Assembly: GCA_973895155.1 (NCBI GenBank)
Contig: OZ316898.1
Span: forward strand, 10,196,286-10,260,285
From: Marsupella aquatica
Taxonomy: Eukaryota; Plantae; Marchantiophyta
DNA: 64,000 nucleotides
Direction of reading: 5' to 3'
Position 1 is the stretch's first letter. Every line of letters starts with the position of its first letter. Below are positions 26,201 to 36,269 of the stretch, in pieces. The notes below the pieces were generated by a model. The model made no database searches. It saw nothing but the letters and a program-made list of their open reading frames with translations, and was not told where the DNA came from. The position numbers and the translations under genes are program-made.

Positions 26201-27107
26201 AATCAGTCATTCCCCGACTTTTGTACTCTTGCAGCAAATTGTTGGTGGCCTTGGCTATACTGATGGGCTTCTGCTCATCTTTCCACTCACTATAATCCTC
26301 ATATGCAGCTTCAAAATCGACTTCTTTGGGGCTGTGTTTCCATTGCAGAAGTGCTCGCTTTTTACTGAGGTAGTAAAGAGCATCTGAGATAAGAGCCTCT
26401 CGAATGTCATCATGTTGCATGAGCTCTGGAGGTTGCACCTCCACATCTGGCCGGGGGCAAATGCATGGCAAGACACTACAATCTAGTTGAAGTGCCTGCA
26501 ACTTGTGATCTTTGGGTAGCACTACTGGCAATGCTCCAATTGAAGCAACCCAACGACACAGGAGAGGAGTAATTGCATTAGCTGAAACTGAGTCTTGCAA
26601 CATCTCATATAAATTGTCATCCAACAAGGATGACCAACCCTCCTCCTTTCCACGTATGTGCACTTCCTTCATTAGACGAACAAACAAAGACTTTGCAGGA
26701 ACAAGTGGCTCATCCGCAGCAACACCATACTTCTTCTTCAACAATGCCTTCTTCCGCAACTTTGTCTGTTTCCACCAAAGCCGCACAGTGGATCTAAGTC
26801 GCTTCCAAGATGCCTCATTGCTGTCCTTCCTCACATTTGGCCCAGGGGCCAAATGTTTTTTGGCAATCCGAGTGGAGAAGTCCGATTTTGAGGACAACCA
26901 AGGTTTGCCCGCCTCCACTAATGCAGGTGGCAACACCAAGTTGTGCGTGACGTCCATGTGGGTTTGAAAACCAGCAAAAGACAAAAATGACCGAGGCTTG
27001 TGAGCACCTGCAATACAGACAAACACGTGCTTGCCATTGGCATCAACACGATGCCGGAAGTGATCATCTTCCTTCGCTACCTCAATTACTCTGACTGGTG
27101 GCGCCAT
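23230..27107 (-). CDS. Uncharacterised multi-exon MULE accessory gene, convergent with the transposase: C2H2-like finger, basic helical region, acidic D/P/V repeats, tandem ~30-aa mini-exons
   Basis: Probable ATG at 27107 (MAPPVRVIEV). It contains FVCIAGAHKPRSFLSFAGFQTHMDVTH and WWKQTKLRKKALLKKK. Long exons run ~27107-26184 and ~26100-25697. Repeated phase-0 mini-exons with TTCTAG|...CCCAG|GTCT junctions follow. The 3' end is uncertain and intactness was not verified. Confidence 0.65.
24100..25200 (-). repeat. ~200-bp tandem exon+intron units (3 near-identical copies plus several diverged ones)
   Basis: Each near-identical unit has a 90-nt exon reading GRRGRGRVVRMDPPAQA(T/A/V)APAAP(T/M)(S/P)TN(L/P)SQ, bounded by AG/GT, plus a ~110-nt intron. 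The introns at ~24628, ~24828 and ~25028 carry GAAGACAATG. Confidence 0.85.
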
Positions 27108-28244
27108 GGATAATGAGCAGCTACCTTGGTTGGCCTCAAAATCAAACCCAACCTCTCCAACCAATGCCCTTGAATTGTGTCTTGTGCTGCAAAAGTGGAA
27201 TACACAGATGTAATGGTATTCGAACAATACAAAACAGAGAGACATTCATGTCATGGTATTCCAAGAATGCGGATGCAGTCGAACAGGAAGACAATCATGG
27301 TATTCAAAAAATGACAAGAACAAGGAGACCAAATGATAATGTGTACATACGTAATTGAAGTTCATAGTCTAATCTCCATAGTCACGTCCTATGCTTATGC
27401 TTGCCACCACCTTCAATTCAAGCCTGAAAAATTCAATCCACAATGCGGGAACATTCATTCAAAAATATTTACTCACAAAATTCATACATTTTAGAATCAA
27501 TTTGGTATTCTGAATGCTGACAAATCAGTCTATTCATTAAAACTGGAAAATTATTTGATCTTTGGACATTTGGGCACCAAAATATATACTTTTGGGTACA
27601 AGAATTGTACATTTGGGCAGTGAAAGTTGTATATTTGGGCACAAGATCATGTACATTTGGGGAATCAAGATTGTATATAGGGGAAAATGAAATATTAATT
27701 TGGATTCTAAAGAAAAACATTTGGGTGATAATAATGTAAAATATGTTGGATAAGAAGTAGAAAATTGATTCAATCTGACTAACTAGTAAGTAAGTAATAT
27801 AATATAACTAAAGCTAACTTCAATATGATCTCGACCCTAGCTATTGTAAACCTTCTACGTAATAAATGAAAGCATTAATTTATAAACTTGTCAGAATGGT
27901 ATCTATCCATATTAATTCAAGTAACTAACTAATTTGTTAGTACATTCTACAGTAAGCAACTCGAGTTGAAACTAAGGTTTACTAGAGGCAGTCACATCCC
28001 ATCACGGATATGACTTCTTGTAATATAGTCAGATAGTATTATGTAATTATAATTAAAGCAATTAATATAAAGGTATCCAAGTCCAATTAATACCTCCTGC
28101 CCACCTATTCAAACTAGTCTCCCAAAATATTATAAAAGTTACTTAGATTCACTAGTAACCAACTAGTACGTAAACTAAGACATTCCAAACCAATTGACAT
28201 ACTTAGACTCCCTCACTCTGACTACTAGAAAACTTTAATTTGAC

Positions 28245-31200
28245 TTAATGAACAATCTCTTCCATGTAGGTTTTGAGTGTTTTCAAAACATTCTTGGGAA
28301 TGGTCAAACCTCTATCAATTATATTTTCTTCTCTAGAGCGTGACTTGAATCCATACATAGCAGAATTAGCAAATTGCCAACGTTCAGTGGCACTGTCAAA
28401 CCCAGGATCCATCTCCCAAGTCTTAGTGGTCTGAAAGCAACATGAATATCGCACATGATCCGGTGCATCATGTTTACCATGTTTAGGCCTCCACCATTGC
28501 ACTTGGAACATAGGAGCATACCTTGTACTAGTAGAAATACTGTTATTGCATTGCAAGTCTCCTGAAGGAACTTCATGGTTTGGGTCCACAACACCCAAAG
28601 CTCTCACCAACTAGAAAAGTTCTTTGCCATTATTCTTTTCCCATTCATCCTCTGGACGAAGAAATACAAAGTGGCCCTCTTGAATGTCCTGGAGAGGAAT
28701 CCAACGGGCAAGTTCTCGCTTGTGTCGAGTGCCAACAAATGGTGCAGTTTGATCCTCCATCTCTTCCAGGTACTCATTCTGAAGCTCCACCATTTCTGGA
28801 TTCTGTGTACTACTACTAGGTTCCCCCAATGGTTCAGAGGTTCCTGTACTATTCACCTTGTAACCAGTTCCGTGGTTGGTTTTTGGCCAAAACTCATATG
28901 TCAATGCCAACTGTATTTCGGCCTCCCCTTCAATTGTAAGCTCCCCAGATAATACTTGCACCACCATTTCCCAATATTTCACGAAAGGAAACCTCTCACG
29001 ATATGCTGTAGAGGTCTCATCCTTACAACTCTTCTTCAAAAACTCGATGTAACGATTAAGGAATGGGATGATTTCTTCAACCTTGCCTCGTATATCCCCG
29101 GAGATGGGTTTTGCAAACGGTTGACCTTCTGGTAAAATGAGAGCATTGGTGTTGGAATCAGTTCTCCAAATGGACCTTCTGATTGGAGGGTACCAAGGTT
29201 GTTTCACATGTGCTTTGTATTGATATACTGGAACATTATCTCTCATAGAGAAAAGAAATGCCACTGGTTTTGAGTGACCCTCTATGTCTTTTACCTTGAA
29301 AGTTTTCAAAAACTCTTTGTAAGCTGCAACCTCTTGAATCAACCGTGGAACAGGATGAATGCCTTCACACTCCCAAACCTCAGCCATCAACCCCAAGAGG
29401 GTAGAAACCTCCTTGTACTTCACTTGGTTGGATACTTTTGAAAACAATGCATCGACATCCTCATGGGTGTGACCAACCATGAGAAATGACATCTGCACTG
29501 TTTCAAAGACCCCTCTACTAACAAGCTCACTGCAAAATGCCATCACATATTGGTTTTTGTTATCTTTCCCTGAATTATCCATTTGCAAGGTCAGGTGCCT
29601 TGACAATGGTTTGAAAGAGGTAGCAGCCTTGGGATCAATACCAAACACGTCATCCACCACATTTGATAACCCAATATCTTGGTCATCTTCAGCTCCTTGA
29701 AATCTAGCAATTGAGACTTTTTTGGGTTCTAAGTACCCTGCAAGAAATGCTTCAAAGTCCAAAAGAGATTGAAAAATTGGCCTCGTTGCAGCCCAATATA
29801 ACGCTTCAAGGAGGTCTCCAGATTTGTCCCCCTTGTAATCCTCCAGATCTCTAAGGCACTTGGCCAACGATGTCACTGTGAAGTCTGCATCTCCCGACCA
29901 AAGCCCAGTGAAACTGAAGTGAGCATACACTCCGGGATCCCTTCCGTTGGTCAACATCCCAGTGAGCGCAATGGGGAGAGGTTGACCACTGCTAGACAAT
30001 GATTTAGGAGTGGGGACCAACCTAGGGATCCATGTCTTGGCTTGGTCCATCTTGTCATGTATAATGCAAAGATAGTTCTCAGGATCCTTCTCCGCAAGAA
30101 CCCTGTGAGCATAGTAAACATATCTCCTAGACATTTGCTCACGAAGATGACGAGCTCTTCTTTCCTCAATCTCTAAACGCTCTTTCTTTCTCTTCTAACG
30201 CATCAACTGATCTTTGAACTCAGTGCAAAGTGTACACTTTGCAAATGCACTACCCTTGTGAAAGTCAAAATTCATGAAGGACTCCTTCCAGAGTTTATAC
30301 ATAGTGTTTTCACTCACCTTCACGTAGCCATCTAATTCCATCTTGGAGTACACCTCCTCAAAAATCTCTTTCTTCGTGAAACAAGATGGAAGTCTATACT
30401 CAACCGTGTCAGTACCATGAGACCCTCCATAGGGTAGATGCGGCATGGGTTCTCCGTTTTGGGTTAGAATGGACTCCAACAAAGCACGAGCGTGCAAGGT
30501 GCTTCCCCGTGTCTTGTGTGAACCCTTGTTTCCATGGAATCCAACCTTGCAACCTGCTTTGTATTGATTTTTGTAATCATAAAACTTGGCAGTGCTGAAT
30601 CCATGCATTTTAATAAATGCACCCTTGCATACACGTCGACCTCTTACAACAAAATATCCTTTTGTCTCCACTTCCTTCTTTCTGCAACCAAAAAGAGTGA
30701 AAATGTGACTGGTTTTGTTGTCGCTTGACATCCCATGGAATTCCCTCCTTATCGCCTGTAGGTCTTCTCTCGGCATGTTGAGGCAACACTTCAACTTACA
30801 ACAACCTTCTCTTTGGATGGAATCAATTTCCTCCTCTGTGATTTTCAGAATTGCCCTCGACTCCAGGTGCTTCTTCCTTTTTTCATCAGGGTTACCCTTC
30901 GTTCTCTTGATGAAATTATAAGGCCGTTTTGAAAACTCAGTGTGACCATTCATATCTACCTCTAGACGATCTCGACCATCAATAATTGGCTCGGGAGAAA
31001 CCTCTCCAATGAGATCCAGAAGAAAAATCCCCCTTGATATCAGCACAAGTGAACGGATGGCCCACCTAACAAGACCGGGCACTCCGGGGGAGATATTCGG
31101 GAAAAATTGAGGGTCAATCACGCCTGTGACAACAACCCCAACGTGATCTGGCCCAAGAACCTCATCATCAATGGCACCAGACTTGAAAGGAACTGTGATG

Positions 31201-31958
31201 ATGCCAAGCCCGACCTTGGTCCGATTATCATCAACATACAATTCCACTTCCTCCGCCATCCAGTTCAAACGCAAACTATAATCTTTGAAATTATAATTTC
31301 CAAAAACATCCCGTGCGGACGGCTCATCTAGTAAATCATGTGAAGAACTCCTCCGATGAACATTCCCTAAATTCCAGATTACAAAACTGTCCAATCCTTC
31401 CTGAATGGTATCGGCTCTAGCGTGCGGAAAGGGTAACCTCTCCATTCCTTGAACAACTTCACATATCTTCACACTAATCCTATCAGGGCCAAGTCTTTCA
31501 TTGTGACAAGTCTCATTGGGATTCATCTTGAATACAAATCCTCGACACACAATCTGATTTCCAATCGACAGCTCCACTTCATCGCCATCCGTAATTGAGT
31601 CTCCCAAACTTCCCACCGCAGATTTGTCAGGTAAGCAATTGGGAAATATATCATTTGTAGAACATGTAGCATCCACTTGTGTCATCGCTGGAGTTGACTG
31701 TGACCTCAAATATGTGAAAGAGGCATCCCAAATAATGCAGGAGTCTATAGCATCAAAAAGTGTCCTGATCGGTGGCAACGGGAATGGAATTTCTCGAGAT
31801 CCATCATAGCACCTCTCAATAAGAACTCCTACACAATTAATACCCAAATCAACATTACGCACTGAGTCACCGGGGTCAACCTTAAGGACTGTTCCAGAGG
31901 CAACTTCAACTCCGTCAAGTAAGAGGGAAACCTTGTCTCCTCGAAAGAATATCCCCAT
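28245..31958 (-). pseudogene. Intronless DUF7869/Sola1-like DDD transposase (~1237 codons) with three N-terminal En/Spm Tnp1-like repeats and two in-frame TAG stops
   Basis: The ORFs 32009-30195, 30134-28611 and 28610-28245 share one frame, separated only by single TAG codons (30195-30197, 28611-28613). Motifs: VCKGAFIKMHGFS, FAKCTLC, IIHDKMDQAK, LQMDNSGKDNKN, SFLMVGHTHEDVDALFS. The N-terminal repeats follow VxxGxVxxxDP...LGxxxVxVxI...xIW. Family names are from recall and were not searched. Confidence 0.8.
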
Positions 31959-32070
31959 TTGGAAAAGATGTTCCAAATAGGAAGCTGTTGTACCTCGACA
32001 TGATCTCAAGGTAAAGTGACTAGCAAAAACAAACCAACTGAACTAGCAGTAACAGATTAAGAAGTCTATA

Positions 32071-32352
32071 GCTCGAGACAATCTCGAGGTAAAGAATGGA
32101 CCACAAAAACCATGAGATATAGATTAACAAAGTCTTTAGCTCGAGACGATCTTGAGGTAAAGAATGGACCACAAAAACCACGAGATATAGATTAACAAAG
32201 TCTTCAGCTCGAGACGATCTCGAGGTAAAGAATGGACCACAAAAACCACGAGATATAGATTAACAAAGTCTTCAGCTCGAGACGATCTCGAGGTAAAGAA
32301 TGGACCACAAAAACCACGAGATATAGATTAACAAAGTCTTCAGCTCGAGACA
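32071..32352. repeat. 68-bp tandem repeat, 4+ copies, with a CTCGAG-N5-CTCGAG dyad, upstream of the DUF7869 ORF
   Basis: GCTCGAGACGATCTCGAGGTAAAGAATGGACCACAAAAACCACGAGATATAGATTAACAAAGTCTTCA starts at 32071, 32139, 32207, 32275 and 32343. Confidence 0.92.
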
Positions 32353-33659
32353 ATCCACATGAAGAGGGAATTCTATACTTCCAACGATAAATAATCCACC
32401 CTAGAAGAAGAACTATGAAGTGCATAGAAACAACAGCTCATAATAACTCCTCAGAGAAGCATGAACTCACGCAAGAGAAGGAAAGATACTTAAATACTTG
32501 TGGATTTAAAGGAGCTAGAAACAAAAATAGACAATTCCCAGGAAGATACCTAAAGCTCGAGACGATCTCGAGCCACAAATGACACTCTAATTGAAAAATA
32601 TGTTGTAATGATTGAGGAGCTCTAGATGATCTAGAGGTAAAAGTTTGACATTGAAATACATAAAGTAGGCTTACAGAAGACTAATGAGAAATAGCTTCAA
32701 AAAAAAAAGAGAAAAGGTTCACAAATGGATTATGAGTGGCAATGTTTTAAGCATAAATGGTTTGGTATTCTAAAAGGTATGGGTTCAATTATTTTAGACC
32801 AACTTCATGGCTTCAAATGAGAATGTCTCCAAAACCAAATAAACAACTGAGAGAGAAAGGGATTCGAGAAAAAATCTAGAGCCAGAGAACAGGGAGCGAG
32901 AGGCAGGGGCAGGAAGAGGGATAAGAGAGAGAATGAGGGGAGCAGGAAGCGAGCAATGAAACGATATCTGAAGAATGACCCGGTGGGGAGGAAAAACGAG
33001 CAATATATAAAATCCTGCCTGACCAGATGGCTCTGTCAAACCAATGGTAGGGATGAACTAGTGGCAGGGTGAAGTACGGACCGCAATAATGATGGTACAT
33101 GTGACAGCACCGTCATCATGACTCAACTCAAGATTCACTCCCACGCATGGGTGCATGGCATGCTGCACGTGGCCGGGCATCCGTCGCCGGGCACCCCAAC
33201 CCGACTTAGGGCGGACCGAGCGGCTTATAGTCCACATTCGCAATGTCGCCACCCTCATTTGCACATTTGCCTCCCTGCCTACCTCCCCTCCGCGCCTCAC
33301 TCACCTCTTGCTTACTGCCTCTAGATATTTCGTCGCTTTTGCCTCTAGATCGTCATTTTTCCCTCGAGACTTGTTTAGGGTCAAGATCCCCTTTGAGCCT
33401 CGAGATATTTTATAGCCGTTTGGATCGAGATTTTCTTGTGAGCCTCGAGATAATCAACTAGAAGAACACTCGTTGTTGCCTCAGTTCACTTGGTCCTGAG
33501 CTGTTGCCTCCCTCAGTTCACTAGGTCCTTGTGTGGATGTACTGCAAGTGATTAGGCAGACTTTCAACAAAATTAAAATTGCATAGTACAGTTCCAAGCG
33601 GCGGCTACAATGTGCGTGCTTTAAGAAGAAGGATGACAACAAATGTCACCCAAAAGCTC

Positions 33660-34025
33660 CGCGTCACACTGCCTCCCATCACACTGCCTCCCGTTGCATT
33701 GACGGCCTAAAGGTTTGTGTCGCACTGCCTCCCGTTGCACTGCCTCCATCGCATTGTCAGCCTAAAGCTCCGTGTTGCACTACCTCCCATTGCACTGCCT
33801 CCATCGCATTGTCAGCCTAAAGCTCCGTGTTGCACTACCTCCCGTTGCACTGCCTCCATCGCATTGTCAGCCTAAAGCTCCATGTTGCACTACCTCCCGT
33901 TGCACTGCCTCCATCGCATTGTCAGCCTAAAGCTCCGTGTTGCACTGCCTCCCGTTGCACTGCCTCCCATCGCATTGCCTCTCGTCGCATTGTCATCCTA
34001 AAGTTGCGAGTCGTTGCCATTCCCA
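33660..34025. repeat. Subterminal ~55-bp tandem array near the right MULE TIR
   Basis: GCACT(G/A)CCTCCCGTTGCACTGCCTCCATCGCATTGTCAGCCTAAAGCTCCGTGTT recurs ~5-6 times. Confidence 0.9.
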
Positions 34026-35230
34026 GCATGCCATAGCTGCGACCCTTACGAAGAGAAGCTCCTCGTTGCACGGCAAAACAAAACAACAAACTCCGCGACA
34101 ATGTTGCCACCTTAACCAACCCTAAACTAAAAAAAAGACATGAAAACATAATCCACAATGTATTCAACAAGACAACATTTCTGGATTAGGTTAGTAACCT
34201 AGAACCGCTTGAGCGCTCCGACTGCAATGGCAACGACATGGTAAACCATGACCCTAGAACTGCGTGACAATATGGGTCATAAAGAGGGGGTCGATTGGGG
34301 AAAAAAAGTTTGGAGGGGGTTGATTAAGTAAAAGTTTTGCAGGAGAGGGTCGATTAAGCAAATCCCTCCCACTAGAAGTCCCTTCCAAAATTCTTGGCAC
34401 CATAGCATGCCACGTCATCAACAATCGCAACAAACAAGACTCGTTAATTTTGTGAATCAAACTTATATTTTTCATTCGTGTTTGTGTCAATTTGAGTGTA
34501 AATTTTGGGACGCCATGCCATAAAAAGAAAAGTAAAAACAATGGAAATGCAAAGAGCCAGACGGTTAAAACTGTCACTATGTAACCGTTTTAATTACATT
34601 TCCAATTTTAAAATTTAAATTCAAAAATTTATAAAAAGTATTTTTCATATAATAAATAATGACTAATAACTAACTTGATAACTTCCTTGTTAAACCGCAA
34701 CTCCCGGTATGTAAGGACCTCTCGTATTGTACGGCCATTAATGCTGGGAAGAGCACATATAAACCCAAGATCGGGGAGGAGGAATGGCTGGAATCTTGAA
34801 AGTTCATCGAATTTTATACTCAAAACTATTTACTCATTCTCAAAACAAAAAATACCCAGTCGTAGATCTCATTGAGATCTTTCTTTTGCACCCTAGATCG
34901 CCTTCTAACATGGATGAATAAGATTTCTAGAGACATTACAAAATGGACGGCAAAGATCGTAAAATCAACAAAATTGACGGCTAGGAAGGCTTGGATTTGT
35001 TTAATTTTTCATTTGAAAAATATTAACCCATTTGCAAAACAGACAGAACCCATCCATAGATCTATTTGAGATCTTTCTTTTGAGCCATAGATTGGCCATT
35101 ATGAGGGACGGACAAGATTTCCAGAGATAAGAAATGGAGACGGCTCAGATCGACTCTTCCCCTGATTTTATTAGCCAAGGGGTCCACGAACTAATTTGCT
35201 CCTATAGAAAATAGAAAGTGAAGCCCCTAA

Positions 35231-36269
35231 GAGCATTCCCACCCGTCCTGAAAAGTGACGGGCCTGCTACGAGAATCCAGTGTCATCCCAATATTTTCAC
35301 ATTTCAAACCCCACCGTGCCCCGCCATCAGTCCCCGGTATCTTTCAGGCCCGCCAAAATTGGACCCCGGTGTGCCAGTTCTGGGCTCAACTAGCCGGCGC
35401 CCTCCCGGCCGGTTCAGCCTCGCTATTAAAAATAGACGATCACTATTAGTGCACCTGGAGCTGATCAACGCCCATAGTCCATTCATATATTCTCCGTCTC
35501 CCCCGGTCTTCGTGTTGGGTGCACTTCTTCGTGTATAGTGCTCTATTTGGTGCATTTGTGTTGAGATTGAGTATTAGTGAGAGACTTCCAAGTCTTGCTC
35601 CCGCATTGATTGGAGGAGGATTCTTCTCATTTCTGCTTGAGAAAAGCATTTGTTCTAAAAATTGTGGTCCGTGAGGGTCAACAAACAGAGAGGTGACGGA
35701 GATTCGGGCCAAAGAAATGGTGGATTCTCAGGATTTCTCCCAATAGTGAGCCGGAGTGATGGAAACTCTCCACTGGAACTCGGAGACGAGTTCAAATTTG
35801 TTCAGGTCCTCGTGACAGATTCTCGTCAGGAGCTCTGTTTTTGGCGACATTAGCAAAAAATTTATGAATTGTTAAGCTACATTGTGAGTACTCTCATGAT
35901 ATTTGGTGGAGATTGAATCTACCATTTGAGGGAGCAATGGCAGGGAAGTCAGCTCCCCTTGGGGGAGAGCCAGTGGAAGGCCACGCAGTCATTGGGACTA
36001 CAAGAAGAAGAAGACTAAGAAGAAGCGGGATTACAAGGTGACCAATAGGCACTTTGGGTAACATGGTCACCAATAGGCTGCAGGAAGGCAAGCATCCTTT
36101 GTATGCCATAACCTTCCATACTTTGAACCGGGCAGGTTTACCGGCCTGGTATCCGGTGTCGGGTGGGGAAAAGGTCCGGGGCAACTTCTGGACCGACGGC
36201 CCGGCCCCCACCAGCCCTGAAAATACCCCCAATACCGGCCTGCATATGGAGCGACCAGGGGGGATGCTC
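35231..36269. mobile_element. Non-autonomous PIF/Harbinger (Tourist-like) element, 1039 bp
   Basis: Termini are GAGCATTCCC and GGGATGCTC, flanked by a TAA TSD (35228-35230, 36270-36272). There are subterminal ACCGG/CCGGT motifs. It interrupts a 14-bp AAAGTGAAGCCCC(T/A) mini-repeat. Confidence 0.8.

Larger units (their letters stand above)
13760..34368 (+). mobile_element. Giant (20.6 kb) Mutator-like DNA transposon (MULE) with cargo genes and nested elements
   Basis: The left TIR 13760-13856 (GAGGGATTTGCTTAATCTACCCTCTCCTGGAAAACTTTTACTTAAT...CCCCCTCTTTATGACCC) is the ~90%-identical reverse complement of 34271-34368. A perfect 10-bp TSD CCACTAGAAG occupies 13750-13759 and 34369-34378. A MULE transposase lies inside. 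Confidence 0.95.

Noticed and set aside
28611-30197. Programmed TAG readthrough in the DUF7869 ORF
   Set aside because: Both stops are single-base changes from plausible sense codons, and neighbouring element genes are similarly decayed. Pseudogenisation is the simpler explanation.
27775-33465. Helitron-type ends (CTAG) for the DUF7869 segment
   Set aside because: There is no subterminal GC hairpin, no Rep/helicase motifs, and CTAG is common in this region.
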